Notes under the pieces: model-generated
Database searches by the model: none
Seen by the model: only the letters and a program-made list of their open reading frames with translations
Told to the model about the DNA's origin: nothing
Assembly (NCBI GenBank): GCA_050179875.1
Contig: JBFXES010000001.1
Span: 2,995-66,994, forward strand
From: Thiohalomonadaceae bacterium
GTDB taxonomy: Bacteria > Pseudomonadota > Gammaproteobacteria > Thiohalomonadales > Thiohalomonadaceae
Length of the DNA: 64,000 nucleotides
Direction of reading: 5' to 3'
Part shown: positions 46,702 through 57,063 of the stretch, in pieces
How positions within the stretch are numbered: position 1 is the first letter of the stretch
How the letters are laid out: each line of letters begins with the position of its first letter
Translations under genes and position numbers: made by a program

Positions 46702-47613
46702 GTGTTCGACGTGATTGTGCAGGCCGCCGGCCTGATTCTGTGCGGCGTCTTCTGGCGTGCGTTCGCGCCCCTTGGTCTCGAGGCGGATGGACTGCGCCGC
46801 CATCTCACCGGACTGGTCTACGCACTGCTGCTGCCCGCCCTGGTGTTGAGTGTGCTGTGGCGCGCGCCCATGGGCGCCGACACCCTGCGCATCGCCGCGG
46901 TCGCCGCCGTCGGTGTGACCAGCGGGCTGGCGCTGGCATGGCTCTGGTTCAGGCGTGTGCGGGTGTCGCGCGCGGGCATGGGCGCCATGCTGCTCGCGGC
47001 CGCCTTCCCCAATGCCACCTACATGGGGCTGCCCGTGCTCGAAGCGGCGCTGGGGCCGTGGGCGCGCTCGGTGGCCATACAGTACGACCTGTTCGCCTGC
47101 ACGCCGCTGTTGCTCAGCATCGGCATGTACGTGGCCGCCCATTACGGTACGAGCGGGGAGCGCGTGCATCCCATCCTGTCCCTGCTCAGGGTGCCGCCGT
47201 TGTGGGCCGCCATCGCGGCCGTGGCGCTCAATGCAGGGCAGGTGCCACAACCCGCCATCCTCGGCGGCGCGCTGGACATGCTGGGGGGAGCGGTGGTGCC
47301 GCTCATGCTATTTTCGCTCGGCCTCGGGCTGCAATGGTCCGGCGGTTGGTGGTCACGCCTTTCCACGGTGGCGCCGGTCGTGGTGATCCAGTTGGCGCTG
47401 GTGCCCCTCATCGCGTGGGGCGCCGCCATCGGTCTCGGTCTTTCCGGTGATCTGCGCGTCGCCGTGGTGCTGGAGGCCGCCATGCCGAGCATGGTGTTGG
47501 GCATCGTGATCTGCGATCGCTTCGGGCTCGATACGGCTTCCTATGCCATGGCGGTGACGCTCACCACCGCCCTGAGCCTGATCACGCTGCCCGCCTGGTT
47601 CGAGCTCCCATGA
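46702..47613 (+). CDS. AEC-family (auxin efflux carrier-like) transporter
   Basis: GTG start. 303 aa, about 10 TM segments. Reads as AEC family. Confidence 0.85.
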   Translation: MFDVIVQAAGLILCGVFWRAFAPLGLEADGLRRHLTGLVYALLLPALVLSVLWRAPMGADTLRIAAVAAVGVTSGLALAWLWFRRVRVSRAGMGAMLLAAAFPNATYMGLPVLEAALGPWARSVAIQYDLFACTPLLLSIGMYVAAHYGTSGERVHPILSLLRVPPLWAAIAAVALNAGQVPQPAILGGALDMLGGAVVPLMLFSLGLGLQWSGGWWSRLSTVAPVVVIQLALVPLIAWGAAIGLGLSGDLRVAVVLEAAMPSMVLGIVICDRFGLDTASYAMAVTLTTALSLITLPAWFELP

Positions 47614-47755
47614 TTCGTTAGTCCGTCCTGAAGAAACCCGCGAGGGGGACCCAGAACGCCGGGAGCGGCGCGTGTAACTACCGGGGCTGCGGAGATTTTT
47701 TTTTCGGGACGCGTGTTATCATGACGGCGCTTCATTTTCCATAGGGGGAATTCGG

Positions 47756-48136
47756 ATGTTCCGCACCGCCATGTTCGCAATGCTGGCAGCCCTGGTCGTC
47801 CTGCCGGCCTTGGCAGAGACGGCCTATGTGGATGACACGCTGCGCGTCGGCGTGCGCCGCAATGCGAACAGTTCGGAAACCCCGCTTACCGTGGTGACCT
47901 CGGGCGCCCGTCTGGAAGTGCTGGAGCGCGGCGAGCGCTATTGGCGCGTGCGCACCGACGACGGCGTGGAAGGCTGGGTCGCTGCGTCCTATGTCACCAC
48001 GCATCCGCCTGCACGTGCGCAACTCGAGGAGCTGCAGGCCGAGAATGCGCGGCTGAAGGCCGAGTTGCAGGCCCGGGCCGCGGATGAAAATCTCGCCGCC
48101 GATTTCGCTGCGCTGCAGCAGCAGTATCAGCAGTAG
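47756..48136 (+). CDS. SH3 domain protein (TIGR04211 / YgiM-like), terminated by TAG before its expected C-terminal membrane anchor
   Basis: Signal peptide, SH3b-like YVDDTLRVGVRR...WRVRTDDGVEGWV, and a coiled coil. The same frame continues after the TAG (48134-48136) for 49 codons that encode a TM anchor, ending at 48286. Confidence 0.8.
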   Translation: MFRTAMFAMLAALVVLPALAETAYVDDTLRVGVRRNANSSETPLTVVTSGARLEVLERGERYWRVRTDDGVEGWVAASYVTTHPPARAQLEELQAENARLKAELQARAADENLAADFAALQQQYQQ

Positions 48137-48292
48137 CAGGAGCAATTGGCGGCACAGATGCAGCCTTCCAACCTCGGCTGGATCACGGCGGCGCTGCTCA
48201 TCGCCTTGCTCGTGGTCGGCTTCCTCCTCGGCAAGCGCCACGAGCGTGACCGCGTGGTGCGCCGCTTCAACGGCCTCGAACTCTGATCCGGT

Positions 48293-48946
48293 TCAACCGA
48301 ACACCCGGCCCGCGTGGCCGCCGTGCTGGCGGATGTAATCACGCAGCCGCTCCGCGAAATCCTCCACCACCGAGCCTCTGACCGACGGTCGTTCCAGCAA
48401 GGCCTCCTGCCAGGCCTGCAGCCTTTCCAGGCCATCCAGCAGCCCAAGTCCGTGCCATTGCTCCATGAGGTCGAGGCGCTGGAAGAAGGGTGCGAAAGCC
48501 GCGTCCACCAGGGCGAACCCGCTGCCGTTGAAAAACGGTCCGCGCACGTGCGGTTCCAGGCGTCGCAGATCCCCGGCCAGCGCGGCGCGATGGCGCTCGA
48601 ATTCCGCTTCGTCGCCCGCGGTGCTGAGGCGGTATTGGCTGCCCAGCAGGTTGGAGGCGTATTCCGTCCAGGCGCGATTCTTGGCGCGCAACAGGGGATC
48701 GGCCGGATGCAGCGACGGCGGGTTGGTTTCGTCCAGGTATTCCATGATCACCGCCGACTCGAACAACACCTCGTCCCCCACGCGCAGCAGCGGCACCTTG
48801 CCCATGGGCGAGATCGCCCGGAACCATGCGGGCGGGTCGGCCAGATCGATGTAGGTGATGTCGAAGTCGACCTGTTTCTCGCGCAGCACGATGACCGAGC
48901 GCTGCACGAAGGGGCACAGTACAAAACTGACGAGTTCCGGTTTCAT
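48293..48946 (-). CDS. glutathione S-transferase
   Basis: Start at MKPELVSFVLCPFVQR. GKVPLL..G..LFES..I..YL N-terminal domain motif. Confidence 0.88.
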   Translation of the reverse strand: MKPELVSFVLCPFVQRSVIVLREKQVDFDITYIDLADPPAWFRAISPMGKVPLLRVGDEVLFESAVIMEYLDETNPPSLHPADPLLRAKNRAWTEYASNLLGSQYRLSTAGDEAEFERHRAALAGDLRRLEPHVRGPFFNGSGFALVDAAFAPFFQRLDLMEQWHGLGLLDGLERLQAWQEALLERPSVRGSVVEDFAERLRDYIRQHGGHAGRVFG

Positions 48947-48951
48947 GGCGT

Positions 48952-49293
48952 TTACCCCGGCGGCCAGGCGAGATAACGGCCGGCGAGCACATGCAGGTGC
49001 ATGTGGAACACGGTCTGGCCCGCGTCCTGGTTGGTATTCATCACCAGTCTGAAGCCGTTCTCTGCAAAGCCCTGCTCGGCGGCCAGGCGCCTGGCCGTGA
49101 GCAGCAGTTTCCCCGCGAGGGCGGCGTCGGTGTCCGCGAGCCCGTTTGCCGAGGCGATATGCTTGCGGGGGATGACCAGCAGGTGCACGGGCGCCACCGG
49201 ATTGATGTCCTTGAAGGCGACCACGTCCTCGTCTTCGTACACGATGTTGGCGGGCAGGGCGCCGTCGGCAATGCTGCAAAAGATGCAGTCCAT
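48952..49293 (-). CDS. histidine triad (HIT) nucleotide-binding protein
   Basis: RBS GAGGAG. MDCIFCSI... HMHLHVL histidine triad. Confidence 0.92.
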   Translation of the reverse strand: MDCIFCSIADGALPANIVYEDEDVVAFKDINPVAPVHLLVIPRKHIASANGLADTDAALAGKLLLTARRLAAEQGFAENGFRLVMNTNQDAGQTVFHMHLHVLAGRYLAWPPG

Positions 49294-49426
49294 GGATTCT
49301 CCTCTTCTGGTGCTTGCAGGCATGGCTTGCGGCGCAGCCGTGGGAAATTGGTTTCCTCTTTCGCGCCCGGGGACGGGTAAAATGCGCCTCCCCCAGTGAA
49401 CGCCACAAGCCGGATAACCTTACTTC

Positions 49427-50743
49427 ATGAGCCGCTCAGTTCCAAAGGTCGGATTCGTCAGCCTCGGCTGCCCCAAGGCCACGGTGGACGCCGAACGCAT
49501 CCTCACGCAACTGCGCGCGGAGGGCTATGCGATGGTGCCGGGCTTCGAGGAGGCCGACCTGGTGGTGGTCAACACCTGCGGTTTCATCGACGCCGCCGTG
49601 GAGGAATCGCTGGATGCCATCGGCGAGGCCCTGGCCGAGAACGGGCGTGTGGTGGTGACCGGCTGCCTGGGCGCGAAGGAGGACGTGATCCGCGCCAGCC
49701 ATCCGCAGGTGCTCGCCGTCACCGGACCCAACCAGCTGGAGGCCGTGATGGAGGCGATCCACGCCCATCTGCCGCCGCAGCACGACCCCTTCGTGGATCT
49801 GGTGCCACCCGGCGGCGTGAAGCTCACGCCGCGCCATTACGCCTACCTGAAGATCGCCGAGGGCTGCAACCAGTCGTGCAGCTTCTGCATCATTCCGTCC
49901 ATGCGCGGGCGGCTGGTGAGCCGGCCGGCGGGCGAGGTGCTGGCCGATGCCGAGCGTCTGGTATCGGCGGGCGTGCAGGAACTCCTGGTGGTGTCTCAGG
50001 ACACGGGCGCCTACGGCGTGGACCTGAAATACCGCACCAGCTTCTGGAACGGCCGCCCGGTACGCACCCGCATCACCGAACTGGCCCGCGAGCTGGGCCG
50101 CCTCGGCGTCTGGGTGCGGCTGCATTACCTGTATCCCTACCCGCACGTGGACGAGGTCCTGCCGCTCATGGCCGAGGGCCTGGTGCTGCCCTACCTGGAC
50201 GTGCCGCTGCAGCACGCCAGTACCCCTGTCCTCAAGGCCATGCGCCGGCCGGGCGACGTGGAGGGTACGCTGCGGCGCATCGAACAGTGGCGGCGCGACT
50301 GCCCGGACCTCACCCTGCGCAGCACCTTCATCGTGGGCTTTCCCGGCGAGACCGACGCAGACTTCGAGCGCCTGCTGGAATTCCTGCAGGAGGCGCGGCT
50401 CGATCGCGTGGGCGCCTTCGCCTATTCGCCCGTGGAGGGCGCTGCGGCCAATGCACTGCCGGGCGCGGTGCCCGAGGAGCTCAAGGAAGAGCGCCTGGAG
50501 CGCCTCATGGAACTGCAGGCGGCGATCAGCGCGGACAAGCTGCAGGACCGCGTCGGTCGCATGGAAACCGTGCTGGTGGACGAGGTGTTCGAAGACGGCG
50601 TGGCGGCGCGCTCGCGCGGCGATGCGCCGGAAGTGGACGGCAACGTCTTCATCGAAACCGACGCCGAGCTGACCCCCGGCCAGTTCGTGCAGGTGCGCAT
50701 CACCGCCGCCGGCGAGCACGATCTCTACGCGGAACTGGTCTGA
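49427..50743 (+). CDS. rimO: ribosomal protein S12 methylthiotransferase RimO
   Basis: MTTase N domain (GCPKATVD), radical [12 protein letters not shown]-terminal TRAM. Confidence 0.95.
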   Translation: MSRSVPKVGFVSLGCPKATVDAERILTQLRAEGYAMVPGFEEADLVVVNTCGFIDAAVEESLDAIGEALAENGRVVVTGCLGAKEDVIRASHPQVLAVTGPNQLEAVMEAIHAHLPPQHDPFVDLVPPGGVKLTPRHYAYLKIAEGCNQSCSFCIIPSMRGRLVSRPAGEVLADAERLVSAGVQELLVVSQDTGAYGVDLKYRTSFWNGRPVRTRITELARELGRLGVWVRLHYLYPYPHVDEVLPLMAEGLVLPYLDVPLQHASTPVLKAMRRPGDVEGTLRRIEQWRRDCPDLTLRSTFIVGFPGETDADFERLLEFLQEARLDRVGAFAYSPVEGAAANALPGAVPEELKEERLERLMELQAAISADKLQDRVGRMETVLVDEVFEDGVAARSRGDAPEVDGNVFIETDAELTPGQFVQVRITAAGEHDLYAELV

Positions 50744-50839
50744 AGCTGGTCCAAGGATAGGGCTTTCGCCTATTTAAAACGCCCGCGCGAAAGTGGCTAT
50801 ATCCCACCGTGGCCTATGATCATGGTTAGGGAGGTTGCC

Positions 50840-51211
50840 ATGGACTTCTTCGATGCACTGAACGTTCATCTGGCCTGGAAGCATCGCCTGCGGGGCTATC
50901 TGGAGGGCACTTCCGGCGAGGAGCTGGACCCGGAAGTCGTTGCCCGCGACGATTGCTGCGAACTGGGCCGCTGGATCGCGGCAGAGGGCGAGGCGATGGC
51001 AGGACTGCCCGAATTCATCCACATGCGCGAGCAGCACGCCGCCTTTCACCGCTGCGCCGGCGACGTCGTCCGCTGCAGGCAGTCGGGCGACGTGGACGGC
51101 GCCGAACATCTGCTCGTCACCGAGTATGCCCAGGTGTCGGCGCGGGTGATCCGCTCGATCACCAGGCTCAACCGGGTGCTCGAAGAGGGACGCACCCACA
51201 AGGCCGCCTGA
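50840..51211 (+). CDS. stand-alone CZB (chemoreceptor zinc-binding) domain protein
   Basis: RBS GGGAGG. AHLAWKHRLRGYL....DDCCELGRWI...H..FH pattern. Confidence 0.8.
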   Translation: MDFFDALNVHLAWKHRLRGYLEGTSGEELDPEVVARDDCCELGRWIAAEGEAMAGLPEFIHMREQHAAFHRCAGDVVRCRQSGDVDGAEHLLVTEYAQVSARVIRSITRLNRVLEEGRTHKAA

Positions 51212-51283
51212 AGCCGTTTCACCATCCGTCCGGCGTCGAAGTGCCGGGCGGATCACCGCCGAGCGCGCGCGGCAGGGTGCGGG

Positions 51284-51658
51284 TCACTGCGGGTTCTTGA
51301 ACAGCGCGTCGAGGGCGCGGCGGGCCTCGTCAGGCTCGGCCGGTGCGGCAGCCTGGCCACCGCCGAACAGTGCCTCCAGCTGCGCCCTGGACGCGGCCTC
51401 CGCGCCGGCCCGGTTGCCGCTGAAGGCGTGCGGCCGCGGCCGGAAGTAGTCGCAGAAATTGGCGCGGTCCTTCACCACGGGCGCCTCCGCCCGTTCTTCC
51501 GTGCAGGCCTCCACAAGGCGCGGGTCATGGAACGCGCACATGGCGCAGACGTGCAGCTCCGCTCCGCACTGGCGACAGGCTTCGAGACGGGCAAAACGGC
51601 CGTCGGTTTCGATGGCCGCACCGCATTTCCAGCAAACCAGACTTTCGTTCATGACCAT
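51284..51658 (-). CDS. hypothetical zinc-ribbon protein
   Basis: CWKCG...CRQCG...CAMC Cys pairs. 124 aa. Confidence 0.65.
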   Translation of the reverse strand: MVMNESLVCWKCGAAIETDGRFARLEACRQCGAELHVCAMCAFHDPRLVEACTEERAEAPVVKDRANFCDYFRPRPHAFSGNRAGAEAASRAQLEALFGGGQAAAPAEPDEARRALDALFKNPQ

Positions 51659-51677
51659 AGCCTAACCGTTGCGGTCC

Positions 51678-52397
51678 TCAGGCGCGCCAGCGCAACCACG
51701 CGCGGCGCCATGGATTGAGACTGCGGAACGCACGCAATGTTGCCATGCCCGTGGCCGGGTCGTCGGTGATGACCTTGTCCACACCCATGGCCAGCAGCCG
51801 CAGCATGTGTTCACCGTCGTTCACGGTCCACACGTGCACGCCCATGCCGCGGTCGTGGGCCGTGCGCACCAGTTCCGGCGTAAGCCCCTGCCATGCCACG
51901 CTCACGAATTCGGCCGGTGCGGCGGGAAGGGGCCCCGCCTCCAGCACATGGCCCGCCGGCACCTCGGGCGCACGGCGCTTCAGTTCCTCGACCACGGCGG
52001 GGTTGAACGAGCACACGGTGGCCTGGCGGGCGAAGCCCTGTGCCTTAAGAAACTCCGCCACGCGCACGGCCAGGTCGGGTCCGTCGCCGTAATCCTTCAG
52101 TTCGATGTTGAGCCGGATACGGCCGCGCGCGGCGGCGATGAATTCGGCGAGGGTGGGCACGCGGATGCCGCCCGTCAGCGGCGGCAGCTCGGCGAACGGC
52201 AGGTCGCGCACCCGGCGCGGGTCATCGGCGAGGCGCCGCAGGTCCGGGTCGTGGAACACCACCACGACGCCGTCCGCGGTGAGCTGGACGTCGATCTCGG
52301 CCCACGGCGTGCCGTAGGCAATGGACTGGGCCAGCGCCTGCAGGGAGTTCTCCAGCCCGAGGGCGGCGCCGGCGCGATGGGCGGTTATCTCGGCCAT
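51678..52397 (-). CDS. glycerophosphodiester phosphodiesterase family protein
   Basis: AHRAG..ENS N-terminus, EIDVQLT.DG..VV.HD, VWTVND. Confidence 0.88.
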   Translation of the reverse strand: MAEITAHRAGAALGLENSLQALAQSIAYGTPWAEIDVQLTADGVVVVFHDPDLRRLADDPRRVRDLPFAELPPLTGGIRVPTLAEFIAAARGRIRLNIELKDYGDGPDLAVRVAEFLKAQGFARQATVCSFNPAVVEELKRRAPEVPAGHVLEAGPLPAAPAEFVSVAWQGLTPELVRTAHDRGMGVHVWTVNDGEHMLRLLAMGVDKVITDDPATGMATLRAFRSLNPWRRAWLRWRA

Positions 52398-52464
52398 GGT
52401 CCTGGTCGTGTTTGCAAAAAAAAGGGCCCGCTTGCGCGGGCCCTGGTTCCGGTTCGATTCAGTG

Positions 52465-53343
52465 TTACGCCGCGCGGCTCTTCTGAATCATGTCGTGGAT
52501 GATGGGTGCCAGGATGATCTCCATGGCAAAGCCCATCTTGCCGCCGGGCACCACGATGGAGTTGCGGCGGGACATGAAGCTGTCCTTGATCATGGACAGC
52601 AGGTACGGGAAGTCCACGTTGAACTTCTTCGGATCGCGGAAGCGGATCACTACGAAGCTTTCGTCGGGCGTCGGGATGTCGCGGGCGATGAAGGGGTTCG
52701 AGGTGTCCACCGTGGGCACGCGCTGGAAGTTGATGTCGGTGCGCGAGAACTGCGGCGTGATGTAATGGACGTAGTCCTCCATGCGGCGCAGGATGGTGTC
52801 GACGATCGCCTCCGCGGTATAGCCGCGCTGGGCATTGTCGCGGTGGATCTTCTGGATCCACTCCAGGTTGACGATGGGCACCACGCCGATGAGCAGGTCG
52901 GTGTACTTGGACACGTCCACATCACCGGCCACCACGCCGCCATGCAGGCCTTCGTAGAAGAGCAGGTCGGTCTTCTCGGTGATCTCTTCCCAGGGCGTGA
53001 ATTCGCCGGCCTTTAGACCGGGATAGGGCCGTGCCTCCTCGTCGGAGTGCAGGTAGTAGCGCCGCCTGCACACGCCCTTCTCGCCGTAGGTCTTGAAGGT
53101 CTCGGCGATGAGGTCGAAGTGGTTGGCTTCCGGCCCGAAATGGGACAGGTTCTTGCCCTCTTTGGCGTAGCGGGCAATGGCCTCCTTCATCTCGACACGG
53201 TTGTAGCGGTGAAAGCTGTCGCCTTCGACGACCAGCGGCTTGATCTTCTCGCGGAAGAAGATGTGTTCGAAGGCATTCTTGACGGTCGTGGTACCGGCAC
53301 CGGACGAACCGGTAACGGCAATGACCGGGTGCTTCAGCGACAT
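52465..53343 (-). CDS. prk: phosphoribulokinase
   Basis: MSLKHPVIAVTGSSGAGTTTV P-loop. Full-length match to bacterial PRK as remembered (EGDSFHRY.., LFYEGLHG, NLEWIQKIHRD). Confidence 0.95.
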   Translation of the reverse strand: MSLKHPVIAVTGSSGAGTTTVKNAFEHIFFREKIKPLVVEGDSFHRYNRVEMKEAIARYAKEGKNLSHFGPEANHFDLIAETFKTYGEKGVCRRRYYLHSDEEARPYPGLKAGEFTPWEEITEKTDLLFYEGLHGGVVAGDVDVSKYTDLLIGVVPIVNLEWIQKIHRDNAQRGYTAEAIVDTILRRMEDYVHYITPQFSRTDINFQRVPTVDTSNPFIARDIPTPDESFVVIRFRDPKKFNVDFPYLLSMIKDSFMSRRNSIVVPGGKMGFAMEIILAPIIHDMIQKSRAA

Positions 53344-53385
53344 GGCATGTGCTCCCTAAAGTTGTAAATGTTTAGTAGTTCTTGA

Positions 53386-53402
53386 AAATCGAATGATTCG
53401 AT
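53386..53402. promoter_or_regulatory. perfect palindrome containing a T-N11-A (LysR/CbbR-type) motif upstream of prk
   Basis: AATCGAAT-G-ATTCGATT. The core TCGAATGATTCGA fits T-N11-A. 43-59 nt upstream of the prk ATG (53343), in an AT-richer stretch. Confidence 0.4.
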
Positions 53403-53566
53403 TGTAGCCGCCGGGGCCGCGCCATCGCCTATCTCCGGTGGGAGATGCGGCGCAAGTGTCTGTTCTTCTTGGCCCGGAAGGTCGGAACGGCGGTGTTCGG
53501 GCGGGGCCGTGTCCGCCGGCCCCTGCCGCCCGTATGCCCGAGTATAACGGCGGATGCGCCCGCTGC

Positions 53567-54859
53567 CTAACCGCCCCGGCGCTCGCGCGCCACGGCGCGG
53601 TAGCCGATGTCGCGGCGATACTGCATGCCTTCCCAGTGAATGCGGCCGGCAAGGGCGTAGGCCCGCTCCTGGGCCTCGGCCACCGTGGCGCCGAGGGCGG
53701 TGGCGCACAGCACGCGGCCGCCGGCGGTGACCACCTGCCCGTCCTTCTGCGCGGTGCCCGCGTGAAACACCTTGGCCTCGGGGCTGTCGCCGTCGTCCAG
53801 GCCGGTGATGACATCGCCCTTGCGATAGTCGCCCGGATAGCCCTGCGCGGCCAACACCACGCCCAATGCGGCGCGGTTGTCCCATTGCGCCTCCATCTGG
53901 TCGAGGCGGCCGTCGAGGGCGGCTTCGCACAGCGCCACCAGGTCGGATTGCAGGCGCATCATGATGGGCTGGGTCTCCGGATCACCGAAGCGGCAGTTGA
54001 ACTCGATGACGCGCGGCGCGCCCTCGCGATCGATCATCAGGCCCGCGTAGAGGAAACCGGTGTAGGGATGGCCCTCCGCGGCCATGCCGCGCACCGTGGG
54101 CTCGATCACCTCGCGCATGACGCGCGCGTGCACCTCAGGCGTGACCACAGGCGCCGGCGAGTACGCGCCCATGCCGCCGGTGTTGGGCCCGGTGTCGCCG
54201 TCACCCACGCGCTTGTGGTCCTGGCTGGTGGCCATGGGGATGACATGCTTGCCGTCCACCATGACGATGAAACTGGTCTCTTCGCCTTCCAGGTACTGTT
54301 CGATGACCACGCGGTGGCCGGCTTCGCCGAAGGCGTTGCCCGCGAGCATGTCGCGCACCGCGGCCTCCGCCTCGTCCAGGGTCATGGCGACGATGACGCC
54401 CTTGCCCGCGGCGAGGCCGTCCGCCTTCACCACGATGGGTGCGCCCTGTGCGCGCACATAGGCCAGCGCCTCGTCCAAGTCGGTGAAGTTGGCATAGGCG
54501 GCGGTGGGGATGGCGTGGCGCGCGAGGAAATCCTTGGTGAAGGCCTTGGAGCCTTCCAGCTGCGCGGCGGCCCGGGTGGGTCCGAAGCAGCGCAAGCCCG
54601 CGGCGCGAAAGGCGTCCACCACGCCCAAGACCAGCGGCGCCTCGGGGCCCACGATGGTGAGGCCCACGTCGTTCTGCTGCACGAAGGCGATGAGTGCAGG
54701 GATGTCGGTGGCGCCGATGGCGACGTTTTCGAGCTTGGGCTCGCGCGCGGTGCCGGCGTTACCGGGCGCCACGAATACCTTGCTCACCTTGGGCGATTGC
54801 GCCGCCTTCCATGCGAGGGCGTGTTCGCGCCCGCCGCTGCCGATGACGAGAACCTTCAT
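53567..54859 (-). CDS. purD: phosphoribosylamine--glycine ligase
   Basis: [18 protein letters not shown]... Full-length PurD. Confidence 0.96.
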   Translation of the reverse strand: MKVLVIGSGGREHALAWKAAQSPKVSKVFVAPGNAGTAREPKLENVAIGATDIPALIAFVQQNDVGLTIVGPEAPLVLGVVDAFRAAGLRCFGPTRAAAQLEGSKAFTKDFLARHAIPTAAYANFTDLDEALAYVRAQGAPIVVKADGLAAGKGVIVAMTLDEAEAAVRDMLAGNAFGEAGHRVVIEQYLEGEETSFIVMVDGKHVIPMATSQDHKRVGDGDTGPNTGGMGAYSPAPVVTPEVHARVMREVIEPTVRGMAAEGHPYTGFLYAGLMIDREGAPRVIEFNCRFGDPETQPIMMRLQSDLVALCEAALDGRLDQMEAQWDNRAALGVVLAAQGYPGDYRKGDVITGLDDGDSPEAKVFHAGTAQKDGQVVTAGGRVLCATALGATVAEAQERAYALAGRIHWEGMQYRRDIGYRAVARERRGG

Positions 54860-54922
54860 TGTCGGGTCAATCCTCAGAAAAGAAACACTTCTGCTCTCGG
54901 GGTGCGTTCGAAACGCGCTGCC

Positions 54923-56950
54923 TCAATGTGCGTTGGGTGAGTGCACGCTGTGCCCTGCCAAGCGCGTGTCCCGGCCATTGTGGTGCAGCATGTACTTGGC
55001 GGTCTCGTAGATCGCAAGGGCAAGCCCGCGCATCTGCTCCGTGCGCGCGGGCTCGCGCGCGGCGAAGTCCTCGCGCACGTTCGCGGCGTCGAGGCGGTAG
55101 AGACGGGCGTCGCCGCCGTCGGCGCGCATGCGCAGCACGTGTTCCGCGCCCACCACGCCGATTTCGCGCCGGCCGTGATCCATGATGAACGCGTAACGCT
55201 CGCCGTCGTGGCGCGGGTCGAGGAGATCGCGGCCCAGGGTGCGTGTGCGATAGGACTGGCCGGCGAGGCGCGCCACCGTCGGCAGTACGTCGAGCTGACT
55301 GGCCACGCGCGTGTCCACGCGCGCCTCCACGTGCCCCGGCGCATAGATGAGCAGGGGCACGCGATGGGCATTGAGGCCAAGCTGCGTCTCGGCGGCGCCC
55401 ACGTGGCGGCCCGCGTCGCCGCCGAGCCCGTGATCGCCGAAGAACACGAACACGGTGTCGGCGAACCACGGCTCCTTGCGCGCGGCATCCATGAACCAGC
55501 CGATAGCGTGGTCGAGGAAGCGGAAGGAGTTGAACTCGGCCTCCGAGATGAAGCCGTAGTCCTTCACCTTGTCCTCGCCCGGGTGCACGGACTCAAAGCC
55601 CCGATTGTCGTCGGGGATGGTGTAGGGGCGATGGCCGCCGGAGGTCTGGATGTAGGCGACGAAGGGCTTGTCGAGGCCGCGCAACACATTGTTGGCCTCC
55701 TCGAACAGCGACAGATCGGAGATGCCCCACACGTCCACGCGCGGGCTCGCGTAGCTGCCTTCCTCGTAGATGTGCAGGCCGGGGATGTTGTGCGAGAGCA
55801 GGCCGCGGATGTTGCCCCAGCTGGCGCTGCCGCCGAGGAAATAGAACTTCTCGTAACCGGTGAATTCGTTCAGCAGCGTGTGCTGGCTGACGATGACCGG
55901 ATTGCGCGACGAGGTGCCGTTCAGCTCCACGTCGGGCGTGCCCGTGGTGGTGGCGAACACGGCGCGCGCGGTGCCGGTGTGGGGCACGAAGAAATTGGGG
56001 AAATAGAGGCCCTCGCGCGCCAGCGCGGCGAAATGCGGCGTCGGGTCGAGCGGGTTGCCCGAGAGCGAGGTCTTGTAGCTGGCGAAGGATTCGAGCTGCA
56101 CGATGACCACGTTGGGCCGGCCTCCGGCACCCGTGGCCGTGAAGTTGCGCTCGAAACGCAGCGCTTCGCGATCGCCGTGCTCCAGCGCCAGGTAGGCGGC
56201 GACCGTATCGTAATGTTCGCGCACCTTCTTCTCGCTGTAGCGTACGCCGCCGTTCTTGCGCGTATCGAAGAAGTAGTGCACCGGGTTCACCGCCACCGCA
56301 GCCGCGAAGGCATGGGGGCTGAAGTAGGCGTCGCTCCAGCGCAGGGGATACCAGGAGAACTTGCCGTAAACGGCCGCGAGAATGACGAAGAAGCTCAGCA
56401 CGCCCACGCCGATGCGCGCCGGCCAGCGCAGTTCGGGCGCGGGTTGCCGCGCGCAGCGCAGGAACAGCCGGTGAACACCGAAGCCGGCTGCGAAAGTGAA
56501 GGCCGCCAGCCCGAGGCTGATCCACACCACCGGGTAGGACTCCCACACCATGGTGAAGGAGATGTCGGCGTTGTCCAGGAAGCGCAGGACGGTGTTGTCC
56601 ACGCGCGCGGCGAGATAGGCGTAGTGCCCGAAATCCACCACGTAGAAGAAGCCTACGGCCAGCGCGATCAGGGTCAGGTAGGCACTCCAGAAGATGCGCG
56701 CATAGCCGTGCGCGAACGGGCTCAACGGCCGCAGCCAGCCCAGCAGGGCAACGGGAAGCAGCAGCACGAGCACCACGCGCAGATCGAACTTCAGTCCGAG
56801 ATAGAACGCGTAAAGGAGATCCCCCGTGGGGATGGGATCCGCGCCGTTGTCATAGGCGAGGAAAAAGGCGAACCGCAGCAGCGACAACACCGCGACGCCG
56901 ACCATGCTGGCGACGAGCAGGAAGCGCGGGAGGCGGGGGATCCGGTGCAT
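54923..56950 (-). CDS. LTA synthase / phosphoglycerol- or phosphoethanolamine-transferase family membrane sulfatase
   Basis: Start at MHRIPRL. 5 N-terminal TM segments, then a sulfatase domain (NVVIVQLESF, FFGDHG). Confidence 0.85.
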   Translation of the reverse strand: MHRIPRLPRFLLVASMVGVAVLSLLRFAFFLAYDNGADPIPTGDLLYAFYLGLKFDLRVVLVLLLPVALLGWLRPLSPFAHGYARIFWSAYLTLIALAVGFFYVVDFGHYAYLAARVDNTVLRFLDNADISFTMVWESYPVVWISLGLAAFTFAAGFGVHRLFLRCARQPAPELRWPARIGVGVLSFFVILAAVYGKFSWYPLRWSDAYFSPHAFAAAVAVNPVHYFFDTRKNGGVRYSEKKVREHYDTVAAYLALEHGDREALRFERNFTATGAGGRPNVVIVQLESFASYKTSLSGNPLDPTPHFAALAREGLYFPNFFVPHTGTARAVFATTTGTPDVELNGTSSRNPVIVSQHTLLNEFTGYEKFYFLGGSASWGNIRGLLSHNIPGLHIYEEGSYASPRVDVWGISDLSLFEEANNVLRGLDKPFVAYIQTSGGHRPYTIPDDNRGFESVHPGEDKVKDYGFISEAEFNSFRFLDHAIGWFMDAARKEPWFADTVFVFFGDHGLGGDAGRHVGAAETQLGLNAHRVPLLIYAPGHVEARVDTRVASQLDVLPTVARLAGQSYRTRTLGRDLLDPRHDGERYAFIMDHGRREIGVVGAEHVLRMRADGGDARLYRLDAANVREDFAAREPARTEQMRGLALAIYETAKYMLHHNGRDTRLAGHSVHSPNAH

Positions 56951-57063
56951 GAGGGTGGTGCCGGGGCAAAAAAACGGCACGAAGTATATCACAGGCCCGC
57001 TGAGCCGCCCTTTCCAGGGAGCGGCCGCTGGGGGAGAATGCGGACGAGATCCGGAGTTCTGCC

